A stretch of 51,575 nt of DNA, counting the filler, from Jimgerdemannia flammicorona (taxonomy: Eukaryota): the NCBI GenBank assembly GCA_003990765.1. It is 2 parts of 2 records of this genome, joined end to end, with 100 filler letters (N's around TTAATTAATTAA, not from the genome) between each part and the next. Parts side by side here need not be neighbours in the genome. Positions count along the whole stretch, not along the records: positions 1 to 25,749 come from RBNJ01000798.1; 1 more part is not named here. One strand, 5' to 3'. A program made the position numbers and the translations under genes. Below the pieces are notes generated by a model. That model did no database searches. It worked only from the letters and a program-made list of their open reading frames with translations, and was not told the DNA's origin. Shown in pieces: positions 1-12,200 of this stretch (position 1 is the first letter of the stretch; each line of letters starts with the position of its first letter).

Positions 1-254
1 AAAAAAAAAAGAAGAACTCAACAAGGATATCAAAAACAAAAAAGGAAAGAGTTGTAAGTATACAACTCTATATCACTGAAATCACAGCAACCTTTGGCCA
101 ACTAGCAGAAATTCCCACATTTAGATAACAAATGAGAACAGAAATCTCGGACATCGGCAAGGACCAAGGTTGGAGAATAGTTGAAGCCAACAATGCACAA
201 GAAGATTCAGATGAAGAGAGTGAAGATAATTGAAAAACATCAGCCTATGCTACC

Positions 255-600
255 TGCCAGATCAAGGATTGTGTCTTTGAAGCTATCATCGATACAGGAG
301 CTGGAGGATGTCTCATCACTAAAAAAGCAGTAGACCACCTAGGCTGGGAGATAGAAGAAGCCACCAAATTGGTGTTTGTAATGGCTGATGGAACATGAGT
401 AACACCTTTGGGAAAGATCTGGGATGTACCAATCAAGTTCGGTGAAGCTACTATCCCTGTAGATGTCATTGTCACCAATGCAACCAACTACAATATCCTC
501 ATTGGCAATCAGTGGCTGCACAAAGCCAAGGCAATGATCAACCTCAGTGCACAGAAGATGCAAATCGTCTACTGGGGAAAGAAGATCAGAATTCCCATCA
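255..600 (+). pseudogene. Retropepsin aspartic protease domain of G1
   Basis: IKDCVFEAIIDTGAGG...MADGT*VTPLGKI...NILIGNQWL; one in-frame TGA. Boundaries approximate. Confidence 0.9.
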
Positions 601-911
601 ATGTCCATAAAGGAGTCCACCTGGAGATAGAGGAGGAACAAGAGGAAGAAGCCTATATGGTTACCATGAAGAAAGGAAAAGGCAAGCAATTGGCAGAGAA
701 AGAATGGTATACAAGAATTGCAGATGGCTACGCCCCACTAGGAAGGTGCCCCCATGGTGAAAGAATGTACTGTGCCCAGCACTTGGATTGCTGCTACTCT
801 TGTATCATTGAGGTGAAGAAGATCACTAACAAGCTAAAGAAGAACCAGGAGGAACTAGAAGACAGACCACCAGAATTATTGGATGACAGTGATGATGAGG
901 ATGAAGATATT

Positions 912-1330
912 ATAGTCAAGATATGAAGGATTCACCCTGTTGCAGTCATGCCACAGTACAAGTCGGAGAATGTAGCTGGAATGGACCTATCTACTACTAC
1001 ACACACAATACTCGAACCACAGACCACTACCATTCTAGGAACAGGAATTGAAGTAACCATCCCAACAAACCATGTTGGAATCCTCAAGATAAAGAGTAGC
1101 CTAGCAAAAAGTGAAATATCTATAGAAGGAGGAGTCATTGATTCGGATTATACTAGAGAAATCCTTCTCCTTGCCAGGAACCACAACCCAACAATCCCAT
1201 TTAAAGTAAGAAAGAAGGATCGGCTGGTGCAAATGCTCATCCTACCTGTCCTTAATCCAAGAATCAAGGAGGTCACAAACATCAGACAAACACAATGAGG
1301 AAGAGCTGGATTCGGCTCTACAGGAAGAGG
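912..1330 (+). pseudogene. Trimeric-type dUTPase domain of G1 pol
   Basis: All five dUTPase motifs in the protease frame: AGMDL, KSSLA, GVIDSDYT, DRLVQ, *GRAGFGSTG. The two TGA stops are explicable as CGA>TGA. Confidence 0.95.
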
Positions 1331-1499
1331 AGTCCTTACAGCAACTAAGATCACTAAGTTTGAGCACAAGAAGGAGGAAAGCCAAGACAAACACACCTAT
1401 ACAATCAGAAGAAACTTTCCCCTCAGGGAAGAATTGCAGGGCCTCTTGCTTACATTCGAGGATGTACTGGCTATGGATTTCAAGGACATCAAGACCAAG

Positions 1500-2844
1500 A
1501 AACCCTTGTGTTATCATGATGTCAATACTGGAGATGCAAAGCCAATCTATCAGAAGGCCTGCCCCATTACACCAGCATACAGAGAATGGCTCAAGACAGA
1601 GATCAAGGAAATGGAGGAATCTGGTATCATTGAAGAAGCCAGTAGCCCTTGGTCCTCCCCCATCATCCTTATACCAAAGAAAGAAAGCCAACTAGGAGAA
1701 TTTACACCAAGACTCTGCACAGACTATAGAAGACTCAATGAGGTCACAGAGAAGGACAGACAACCATTGCCAAACATTGGCAATATTCTTATCATGCTGG
1801 GGAATGAATCATGATTCTACACCACCCTGGATCTGTTCTCACGATTCTACCAAATCGGCCTTACACCTGAGGCCAGCAAAATATCAGCCTTCATCACCCC
1901 CAATGGAACCCATGTCTATCTCTGCATGCTCTTTGGAATGTGCAATGCACCAGCAAGCTTCCAGTGAATGATAAATAGCATCTTCAGAGATATTATGGAA
2001 AAATGGTTGATAGTATGTAGATGATGTGATCATCTTCAGCTGAACAGCCAAGGAGCACTTGGAACATATTGAGGAAATCCTCAGAAGGCTTCACAAACAT
2101 GGCCTCTACATTAAGCCCAAGAAATACAAGTTCAGAGAAGAAGAAATCGCATACCTTGGACACATTATCAACTGTAAAGGAACACACACAGACCCCACAA
2201 AGATCAAGGCAGTGGCAGCATACCCAGTATCTACCAGCATCATGGAAGCCTGAGCCTTCATGCGACTTGTATCCTACTATAGAAGATTTATTAGAAGATT
2301 CTCCCACATCACCAGCCCTATCTATGATCTGTTCAGAAAAGAGGTTATATTCCAGTGGACTCAGCAGCAGCAACTAGCCTTTGATGAGCTCAAGACTAGA
2401 TTGACCCAGGCCCCAATCTTGAGAAGACCTGACTGGACTCAGGAGTTTATTCTGCAAACAGATGCCAGTACAATGGGACTTGGAGCTGTCCTTGCACAAA
2501 AGAAAAATGGTGCCAAATATGTGGTAGCCTATCTCAGCCGAGGTACCCATGTGGCAGAGCAGTCCTATGAGTCTTATAAGCTGGAATGCCTTGCAGTCAT
2601 CTGGGCTGTAGAAAAGTTCCACTACTATCTGGCTGGAAGACACTTTACCATCCAGACAGACCACTCAGCACTCACCTGGTTGCTCACCACCAGTGAGCCC
2701 AAAGGGATCTATGCTCGATGGATCATGAAGCTGCAAGCATATGATGTCACAATCACCCACCACCCTGGAAGAACCAACACCAATGCTGATGCCCTATCAC
2801 AGATGCCCCAAAGGACCCCACCCCCACAAAACCACCATGAATAA
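1500..2844 (+). pseudogene. Reverse transcriptase + RNase H of G1
   Basis: SSPWSSP, RLCTDYRRLN, LDLFSRFYQI, FGMCNAPASFQ, YVDD, LGHII, FILQTDAS, TIQTDH. Frameshift near 2000. Confidence 0.95.
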
Positions 2845-4029
2845 GGAGCTATACTATAGAATCATCAGCTACCTGGGGCAGCAAAAGATGCCCCCGCATC
2901 TGGAAGAATGGACAAAAATAATTATTTATCAGACATGGAAACAATTTGAAACTGATGGAGAAACACTCAAGAAAGGACAACAATTTGTCATCCCCGAGCA
3001 CTGGAAGAATCAAGTAATAAAAGAAGTACATGAACAGGACACATAGGAGGAACAAATATATATGACAAAGCGAGAAGATCCATGTGGTGGCCCGGAATGG
3101 AAGAAGATATCAGACAATTTGTCAGGACTCATAACAGATGCCAGAAACAGAAACAAGACCAATGGGATCAAGCCCCTGGATTAGCAGACATCAAACCAAT
3201 ACCATTTTCCCACATTGCAATGGATGTAATTGGCCCTCTACCCCTGACATTGACTGGCAACTGATATGTCATTGTAATAGTAGATCTATTTACAAAATGG
3301 GTAGAGGCTGGACCCCTGAAGGAAGCCAATGCACAGTCAATTGCCAATTTCTTTCACAGAGAAATCATCTGCTGATTCAAGACCCCAAAGCAAGTTACTA
3401 CAGACAGAGGAACAGAATTCGTCAACCAGGTCCATGAGGTTCTTTACAAGAAGTATAAGATTCAATACATCAAGACCACAGCCTATTATCCACAAGGAAA
3501 CAGACAAGCAGAAAGAACCAACAAGACCCTCAAGAACATCATTGCCAAGATCTGTGATGAATATGGAAATTGGGACAACTATCTACCAATAGCATTATCC
3601 ACTCTGTGGGATATACGATCACAAAGCACCCATTTTATACTGCAAGAAATGCTATTCGGGGAAGAAGGTTCTGGTGGAAGTTTGTCAGCAACTAATGATG
3701 CAATCTGGAAGCATGTGGACATGGAGATATGGAGATTGCATCAAATTAGGAAAAAGGCAGAGGATTACATAATCAAGACACAGTTACTATAACAGAACAA
3801 TGTGGAAAAAACCCACAAGCCTCTGGAGATTATCAAGATAGGAGATGAAGTCCTAGTATATCGGAATATGGTAGAAGCTTCTTGGTCACGAAAATTGGAG
3901 CCCAAGTGGGAAGGACCTTATCTGGTACAAGATATAAAAGGGACTACTTTCTGGCTATGAAAGCCCTTAGGCACAATAATCCCCACCACCATTCATCAAA
4001 ACTGACTCAAGAAGTATCATGGCCAATAA
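2837..4029 (+). pseudogene. Integrase of G1 (HHCC-like, DDE core, GPY/F-like C-terminus)
   Basis: WWPGMEEDI...CQ, PFSHIAMDVIGPLP, VDLFTKWVEA, TTDRGTEF, AYYPQGNRQAERTN, KLEPKWEGPY; ends ...KKYHGQ* at 4029. No chromodomain seen. Confidence 0.93.
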
Positions 4030-4042
4030 CCGAAGCACTGCG

Positions 4043-4345
4043 ATGGCACTCAAGATCACTAGTGCTGCCCAAAGAGCCATCAAAAGACAATAGCACACCA
4101 CCAAGCCTCTGACCATAGAGGCATACTATGAGGATATTCAGAGCATTGTGCAGACTCATCACTCTCATATCTTGCACTTTAGAGCCTATCAATATCAGGC
4201 AGAATTTCAAGAGTACTTCAAGCTTGGACAGGTGCTCAATCAGGATCCAGCAAAGACCAAAGAGGACTGGATTGCCAAGTATCAACTCTCCCACTCACAG
4301 ATTACTATTGCCACAAGTTATTCCGAGAAGATGAACCAGCAATAG
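4043..4345 (+). pseudogene. Putative accessory ORF between integrase and 3' LTR of G1, unknown function
   Basis: ATG at 4043 opens MALKITSAAQRAIKRQ*HTTKPLTIEAYYEDIQSIVQTHHSHILHFRAYQYQAEFQEYFKLGQVL..., ~100 codons with one internal TAG (possible CAG>TAG). May continue to ~4490. Confidence 0.45.
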
Positions 4346-4497
4346 ACCACCTGAGAGGAGTAACTCCCACCGACTTCGAGAAAGTGAGAAGACATCATTG
4401 GGAAACAGTTATGCAGCAAATTGCACAGTATAAGACCATACAGATGATTGAAGCCTGGGAGTTTGAATAGATGCCTCAGGGATGAGACTATCTATTC

Positions 4498-4506
4498 AGG
4501 AGGAAG
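4498..4506 (+). other. Polypurine tract of G1
   Basis: AGGAGGAAG directly before the LTR TG. The same TATTCAGGAGGAAG context precedes the G2 3' LTR. Confidence 0.85.
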
Positions 4507-4507
4507 T

Positions 4508-4972
4508 TGTAATGGTATAGCCAAATTTGGAAGAAGGAAATATAGAATAGACACTTGATCACACCCAGTCCCAAAGTAGCATAGCCTTATAGTTAGCAGT
4601 CCTCAATTTCGACATTGTCTAAATTCTTAGACATTGTCTAAATTTTTAGACATTATCTAAATTGAATGTCCTGATCTAGTATAGTATTTAGACATTGTCC
4701 AAATATTTTGACAAAGTCCAAATGACTCATTTATTACTTAGCCACCCTCTCATAGCTAGCAAACTTGTATAAATAACCCAGTATCTTAGAGTGAATAAAC
4801 CTGAGATCGAAAGTGTTAGAAAAAGAACAAGTATACCGATAAAGGGACTTTTGGGATTACCTCTTAAACACATTTGGCCTCAAGGAACTACTGACTCTGG
4901 GAGTCAAGAAAACAAGAATTCAAGATAAAGAAATCTGATGTACTTGCCCATCTTAGCATCTGCTACATTACA
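4508..4972 (+). repeat. 3' LTR of G1 (465 bp)
   Basis: Perfect terminal inverted repeat TGTAATG...CATTACA; TATAAATA at 4768; AATAAA at 4794. Confidence 0.88.
4607..4722. promoter_or_regulatory. Array of five 17-bp palindromic units (consensus TTTAGACA-T-TGTCTAAA) in LTR U3
   Basis: Units start at 4607, 4626, 4645 (19-bp period) and 4687, 4706, ending ~45 bp upstream of the TATA box. The regulatory role is inferred. Confidence 0.7.
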
Positions 4973-5115
4973 ATAGCTAATATTAGATATAAGCAGCTAT
5001 AATGTGAGCTATATATATAGCATATCAGCTTGTCAGACTGTGCTTGTCCAGACTTGTAAGGGCAAGACTTACAAATCTTAGCTAATGTAAATCTCATTTT
5101 AATCTTACTTACAAA

Positions 5116-5680
5116 TTTTATTTTATTTTATTTTATTTTTATAGTTATTTAGACTTTATCATTTATTACTAAGTCAATCTATACCCATATAATATACAAT
5201 AACCTCACCCCTTACCCAATCCCCCTGGGGGGTCTACTCTCTACTCCTTTGTAATTAAAGATCACCAGACTATTGACCACTCCAATCCTCCCCCCACTCT
5301 GTTCATAAATCCTTTCTAATAGATATTAATAATGACTACTCTGGGGGCCCCACTTCATCCATCAACCAGATATGACATTCCCCATCAATCTCTTTTATCT
5401 CACTAACTACTCTTCTAAGCTTATTATCTTTTTCTCCTCAAAAACATACAGTTAATATCTAGTCAACTTTATCAATACTGCTAAAGTCCAACTAATAGTG
5501 AGCTACTTTTGATCAATATATCCCACCAATCTTTTTCTCAGATTATCCCCATGATCTCTATCATTATCCACATATCTCTCTATTTTAAGATATCTACTAA
5601 TCTCTATCCAAAAACCTCCTAAAGCCTTTTACTCACTAAGCCAATATTCAGATATATGTATAATTCTCCCACCTATCTGC
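5116..5680 (-). mobile_element. 5'-truncated 3' end of the LINE family with (TAAAA)n tail
   Basis: Reverse complement aligns with ~25205-25749 (e.g. ccaatccccctggggggtc vs ccaatccccctaggggggcc); tail at ~5116-5140. Confidence 0.8.
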
Positions 5681-6260
5681 TCACAAATCTCACTCTAACC
5701 TCACTATAAAACTCACTACAAATCTTACTCAAATATCACTATAAACCTTACTCAAACATTATTACAAATCTCAATCAATTAGAGCTTATGTAGAATATAC
5801 TGATTCATATAAAATATACTAAATTTCCAATGTATTTTTACTGTTTGGAGTTATATGATAGATACTAGTTTACTACTTATATATATTTATTCATTCATCC
5901 TCTATCTATCTTTAGATAACAAAATTGTCAATAATAGAATATGTGCTTACTACTATTAATTAATCTTTAACTATCACACCTTATATTGCTATCTCACTGC
6001 TCTCTAGCATACTGCCCCCCAGCTCACTGACTTCTGTTCTAGGCTCTTCTGTTTCTGGCTTCTCCTGCTGCTTGCTACCCCAACTCACCACCTCTCAGTT
6101 TACTGTGCTTCAGCTTGCTCACTGCTCCAAACTCCCCAATCCCCAGTTTACTACTCAGAGCTTATTCTCTGCCCCTCAGCTTGCTGCTCTCCAGTTTGTC
6201 TCACTACTTCTTAATTACTTTCCAGCTCTTGATCCCACTCAAGCTCTCAGTTCTCACTAT
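5680..6260. repeat. Degenerate short tandem repeats (ctcactacaaat-like at ~5680-5780; cagctcactgctc-like at ~5990-6260)
   Basis: Recurrent CTCACT-containing units of roughly 12-15 bp, visible by eye and heavily diverged. Confidence 0.45.
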
Positions 6261-6599
6261 TATAAAATACTTTTAAAATATTAAAAGTTCAAGAACTAAA
6301 TTTAAGAGAAATGCCAAACTATTAGATGATATATCTGAGAATAAATCTGAGGATATATCAGATATCTTTACTAGTTTATTATTATTAACAAGTATGAGAA
6401 AAAAAGAAAAAAAAAACCTAGTAATAGCCAAGTATAAATTCATATCATAAAGATAGTTTTATACATTATACTAATAGTTACAGTCATAAATTTGATTAGT
6501 TATAAAGGTAGTTGGTCATAGGAGTAATAAGTCATAAGAGTAGTTGATTATAACAGTGATCAGTTATCAGTCATAAAAATGGTCTATTATAAGTAGCTG

Positions 6600-7646
6600 A
6601 GATTCTAATCTAGTCTCATATATCTTTATTCAAATAGAATTTCCAAAGCAAGCTTATTAGTTGCAACTATTATACAACTTAGAGCTATATATCAAAGGTC
6701 AGCAATATCAATAATCTTAAATAACATCTCTAGAAGTATCATAATTCTATACTCTTATCTCTCTAGTATACTAAGAATTCTTATTGGTCTAAGATAGATG
6801 ATATTGTAAGTATAGATAAAATGGAATTCAAGAAATACTTAGAATTTTGATCAGTTAATTGTCAACTTCATTATCACTAGATATCGGTCATTGTCCACTA
6901 TTGAAAACTCTGGCTTCAAGTATCTACTTTATATATTATACTCTATTCTAGCTCTTCTATTGGCTGATATGATTTCACAAGTTATTTACAAGGAATTCAA
7001 ATTATTGTAGACTGCAGTAAAAGTAAGGCTAGCAGGATTTAAGTTAAAGGTATTGCTTATATTTAATTATTAGATATCAGATGTTAATATCAAGATCTTT
7101 CTCGGAATAATAGTCTATTGAATGATATTAATTACAAGATATATAATATTATCTTAGACTTTGTAAATATCAACAAAATAACACATATGGATACCAATCT
7201 TGCAAAGAGTCTAGAGCTAGTAATAGATAATTTATTACTTAGTGACAATCAAATAATTACTATTATATATAACAATACTAGTAATATTAATAGTCTGTTT
7301 GGGAATCTCAATCATCTGCTTACTCATATATACTATTTCAGATATATATTGAATCTTGTCAATTATAATACTCTTGGTTCGCTTAATGAGCTTATTGGAA
7401 AGCTACAGATATTGATAAAGAAGATCAAAAATTTAGTTTAATAATAAGTACAACTGATAAAAATCTATAAATTATCTTGAATTTCCATTTTGAAGCCTCT
7501 ATTAGATATTATAACAAGATAGAGTTCTATATATAAAATGTTAACATATGCTCTAGAGATTTATTAGATAAGATTTTTTATCTATTTGTAGAATTAGAAG
7601 TATTTTGATACTAAATAAATTGATATTACAATCAAATAGAGTCTAG
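6600..7646 (+). mobile_element. Decayed hAT-superfamily transposase, N-terminal/central part
   Basis: BED-finger remnant (NNLK*HL*KYH near 6710-6740), IITIIYNNTSN (for ..ITxDNASN), HIYYFRYILNLV (for HIxCxAHxLNL), and LLDIITR*SSIYKML at ~7499-7543 (for DVxTRWNSTYxML). Confidence 0.8.
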
Positions 7647-9211
7647 TGTAATAGTGAACTCAAAATGATGATATCAGCACAAGAGACAGCCTTTTCTTAT
7701 AAGCCACCAGATTGGAGTACAAGAAGATCATATGGCATGACTCACCTAGGCTATAAGATGAGTAATGATGATCAACTATAAGACATTGTGACCACAAGAT
7801 GAATATCTTGAGAAATATAAAAGAAGGATCAAGAAACTACTATAGCAGCAGCTCAAACAAAGCTTACAGAAATAGTTCTAAAGACTTACTACAAACAAAT
7901 ACCTGTCACTTACCAAACCTCAAGGTCCAGGAACTACCAAGGCCCCTTAGTCTAGGAAAGAATATTCCAAGACAACAGAAGAGCCATAAGGATCAATACA
8001 AGAAGGACTTCTAGTCTCAATCTAGGTACTAGTAACCCCTATCATTATATCCTCTACTACTGTGAAATGGAAACAAGGATCACTATTACTATCAAATATC
8101 TCTGGATATAGCAGGAATATGAAATAGGAAACCTCCTCTGCTGGAAATTCCCTCAGGCCAGTTACTAAGAAATACAAGATACTACCTTTATAGATATATA
8201 TGAAATAAGAACAGCTAAGAAGATTCATCAGGTCTTCAGGTATGTACCATGGTAAATCTACAATATAGAGTATACTAGGATCTCAGACTTCAAGGAACTA
8301 TCAGCCTGCTGTACCAATGCACTAGAGGCTATGGTGGCCACAGAAGCCCAGTCTATACCACCCTCAATAATAATGAGGTAGGAGGGTTCTGGAATCCCAT
8401 CCTTAAGGACAATTCTGATCAATTCCTGCAAGAATTGATCTCAGCATTCCAAGGCCCCAGTATCTAGGTTAGACCTTTCCAAGACCCCACATTTATTCCT
8501 TATTTTGTGGAAGAGAATGTCATAGATTGGGGAGCCCCCACCACTGCTGAACATGATGATGTTATCAACAATGACATCATCCTACATGATATGTGTGAAT
8601 TATGTGAAATATGCAATATATATGAAATGGAAGAAATGTTTATAGATCTCATTTCCTTCAGCAGCAATGAAGATGAAGTCCCTATGATCCTGAACATTCT
8701 GCTTTAAGTTCTTGGTAATACTGAATTTTACCAGTATTCTTTTTCTGTGTAACTGTTATTCTTCTGGCATTCTGATCTTGTGTAACTTAGAATTTCTTCT
8801 GGCATCTTTTTCCTGTACCACTGAAATCTCCTGATATCTTGAACTTATACAACCATTTATACAGATACTTGAACTTGTACTTACAACTGTAGTTTACTGT
8901 ATTCTGGGATTTTATTTGATTATTGGAATTTATATTTAGCTTTATAACTTAGCAACTATTGAATTATATTTTGTATAAATATTCCTCTTATTTCCTTTGA
9001 AATAAAGCCAGTTCCAGTTCACTTACCCTCAATTCTACACAAGCCATCTAAGAGATAACAAGACAGTTTAAAGATAAGAAGTTTGAGGACTATAAGACCT
9101 TAGAAAGGTACTCCAGTAAGAACTTACTTATAACAAACTTGTAGTTAGTCTAAGAGAATATCTTAAAGAGAATCTGATGTATTTGAAGGACTCAGTAACT
9201 TCTATGTGACA
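7647..9211 (+). repeat. 5' LTR of G2 (1565 bp)
   Basis: TGTAATA...TGTGACA; collinear with 14889-16393; TATAAAT at 8974; AATAAA at 9001. Confidence 0.93.
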
Positions 9212-9214
9212 ACT

Positions 9215-9228
9215 TGGTACCCATTGGT
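9215..9228 (+). other. Putative primer-binding site of G2
   Basis: TGGTACCCATTGG 3 nt after the LTR end; TGG complements tRNA CCA. The cognate tRNA was not identified. Confidence 0.6.
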
Positions 9229-9259
9229 TGGTGATTCAAGACAAATCTCTCACTTTCAA

Positions 9260-12200
9260 GATGAAAAACAAACAACTACCACAACAACTACCCTGACTAC
9301 AAGAGTCACTCCTGCAAGAATTCCAGATAAGATAGAAATGCATCTCCTCACATTCTATAGATATACTACCAAAGGGTAAATCCTGATCTTCATTGAAGAC
9401 TTTGAACAATTTTCCACTATATCAGCTCTCAATATAGATACACAATTGGCCCTTCTACCTATCAGCATCAGAGGACCTGCTCAAGACAAGTCCAATATAG
9501 CCACCAATGTTGATACTAGTGCAGCCAAACTTGCCAATATGAAGAACTTCCTCAGAACCTCATACTATACTGAAGAGATCAAGCAAGCTCTCAAGGATTA
9601 ACTCAACACTATCTGCTAGAGACTTAGTGAACATCCCAACTCATTACTTCTGAATCTGCCACCGGATTGTCTTGGCTGACTAAGATGATGCTCTCAAGAA
9701 ACAAATAGCTAATTCAACCTTTCTCAAAGGAGTTTACCCTGAAATTGTCCTAGAAATCCAGTCTACCCCAGCTGCTCTGATCCTTGATCAGAAAGTGGTC
9801 TTTGTATAGAGATATTGGACCACCAGACACCCTGCCAAACACTCAATGAAGAGAATAACTAGCATTAAGATAGAGCTATCAAAGCCAACCAGTATCATAT
9901 CTACTATAGTTGTAAACAGAAAATCATCCCCACCTACCCCCAAGGTAGCCAAAGCTGACCCAGTGGAGGAACTTACCAAGCAGTTTGCTGAGATGAATGT
10001 ACACCTTGGTGATGTTGTTAGAGAAGTCTGAAGTGCCAACAGGAGACCAGTATAGAGATTTGCAGTTGCTATAGAAGAATGCAATATCACATGTTTCAGA
10101 TATAGAGAAGAAGACCACTATGCAAAGAATTGTATGACTAAAACAAGATACAAAGCCCAACCATATAATACTACCAGAACTAGAGAACAAACTAATACAG
10201 TCATTATTGAGTAGATTAGTGATACTGATGATGAAGAATACTATGAGTAGTCTGAATTCTACCCTATTACTGAAGGTACCAGAACCTGGTCCAAGCCCTA
10301 TGACAAGAAGGGCAATAGCAAGCCAGTTGGAAGACCAAAGAAGACTCCAGCTATTACTATTCAAAGCAAGACCCAATCTAAGGAGATTGATCAAGATATA
10401 GAGTTAGATGAAGCTGTATGCCAGATTATTTGAAGGCACTACTCCAGTCTCAGTTGAAAGTGAAAGCAACAAAGAACAGAAGCTATGCAAGACCAAGATT
10501 CACTAGTATAATATCTATAAGAATCTCTAGGAACAGAAGGTCAATGCTACTTTTGGACAACTAGCTGAAGTCTCTGCCTTCAGACTGTAGTTGAGAGTAG
10601 GACTTATAATCACTATCAAGAACCAAGAGTACAAGATTGTAGATGCTCACAACGTACAAGAAAAATCTAAAGACTCAGGTAAGAAATCTGAAGACCAGTG
10701 CAAGACATCAGCCTATACTCCATATCAGATTGAAGATTGTATCTTTGATGCCACCATTGATACTGGTACTGGAGAATATCTTATAAGCAAGAAGACATTT
10801 GACTGCCTAGGCTGGAAAATTAAAGAGTCCATCAAAATGGTCTATGTCACAGCAGATAGTATAGAAGCTACCCTCCTAGGCAAGATCTGAGAAGTATCCA
10901 TCAAGATAGTAGGGGCTACAATTCCAGTAGATGTGATTGTTATAAGTACCACCAACTATGATATTCTCATTGGCAACCAATGGCTTCACCAGACCAAGGC
11001 TGTCATTGACCTCAATACCCAGAAGATGTAGATCAACTATAGAGAAAGAAAGGTATGAGTCACTATCAATATCTACAAAAGAGTACTACTAGACATGGAG
11101 AAAGGAGATGAAGAAGATAGAGAAGTCTTCATACACTTGATATACATGAATAAGAGCAAGACACCCAAGCTCAAAGATGAGCCAGTGGTATAATAAGATC
11201 ATTGATGGCTATGTCCCTCAGAGAAGATGCCCCCATAGTACCTAGATATACTGCTCTAAACACCTGAATGACTGCTGGTCCTATATCAGTGAAGTCAGGT
11301 AAATCCATCAACAGAAGTATAAGCAAGAAGCAGCTGAACCAAAAAGGGAAGCTGAAGAAGATGACCAGCCCCCAGAGCTTCAAGCTGAGATTGATGATGA
11401 AGAGGAATAAGAACTATATATCACTCTTAAGGTCAAGAAGTTACACCCTAAAGCCAAGATCCCAGAATGTAAGACTGAAGGAGCCATAGGAATAGACCTT
11501 GTCAGCATTCAAGATGCTATCCATGAACCACAAACCACCAATCTACTTGGTACTGGAATTGGAGTCAAGTTGCCAGAAAACCATGCTGGAATTATCAAGA
11601 CCAGAAGCAGTCTGGCCAAAAGCAAAATCTCAGTTAAAGGTGGAGTAATTGACTCTGATTATACTGGTAAGATCTTCCTCATAGTTAGGAATCACAACTC
11701 CATCAACTCATTCAAAGTCAAGAAGCATGACAGGATTGGCCAGATACTGATCTATGAAGTCAAGAATCCTAAGTTCACTAAAGCCATCAAACTCATCAAG
11801 ACTAAGAGAGAAGAATAAGGCTTTGGATCTACTAGAAGAGGAGTCTATGCTGCTACTACGATTACCAAACTTGAGCACAAGAAAGATAAGGACCAGAATA
11901 AGGACACATATACCATTGGAGAAAACTTTCCCCTAGAGGAATAACTTCTCAAGATCCTATATCAGAATGAAGGAATACTCACTATAGCCTTCAGAGATAT
12001 CTATAATCAAGAATCCAAGTACTACTATGAAGGTGACACTGGTGGTACCAAGCCCATCTACCAGAAAGCCAGACCTATACCACCTGCCTACAGAGAATAG
12101 CTGTGAGCAGTACTCAAGAAAATAAAAGAAGCTGGAATCATCAAGTAAGGTATCAGCTCCTGGGCTTCACCCATTGTCCTCACCACAAAGAAAGCAAGTC

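Larger units (their letters stand above)
1..4972 (+). mobile_element. Ty3/Gypsy LTR retrotransposon, copy G1 (5' part outside window; gag end-PR-dUTPase-RT-RH-INT-extra ORF-3' LTR)
   Basis: Domain order PR (IIDTGA, DTG at 291), dUTPase, RT (YVDD at 2014-2025), RNase H (TDAS...LECLA...TDH...NADALS), integrase last, which is the Gypsy order. Followed by a PPT and a TG...CA LTR. Scattered stops and frameshifts. Confidence 0.96.

Noticed and set aside
2831..2844. ACCACC-ATG-AA-TAA overlap suggesting a separately translated integrase (stop-start)
   Set aside because: In G2 the same junction is in frame (NADTLSRISQNTPSRLFNMNKELY, ~13281-13350), so a +1 indel in the G1 C-rich tract is the simpler explanation. 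More copies are needed to be sure.
4043..4490. env gene in the post-integrase position
   Set aside because: Too short, with no signal peptide, furin site or transmembrane anchor visible.
4607..4722. CRISPR-like palindromic repeats
   Set aside because: Units are 17 bp, separated by 2 nt with no unique spacers, sit inside an LTR of a eukaryotic sequence, and no cas genes are present.
8022..8697. Antisense ORFs in the G2 LTRs (also 15262-15570)
   Set aside because: They overlap the sense frames, look like shadow frames, and I found no independent motif; not excluded but not supported.
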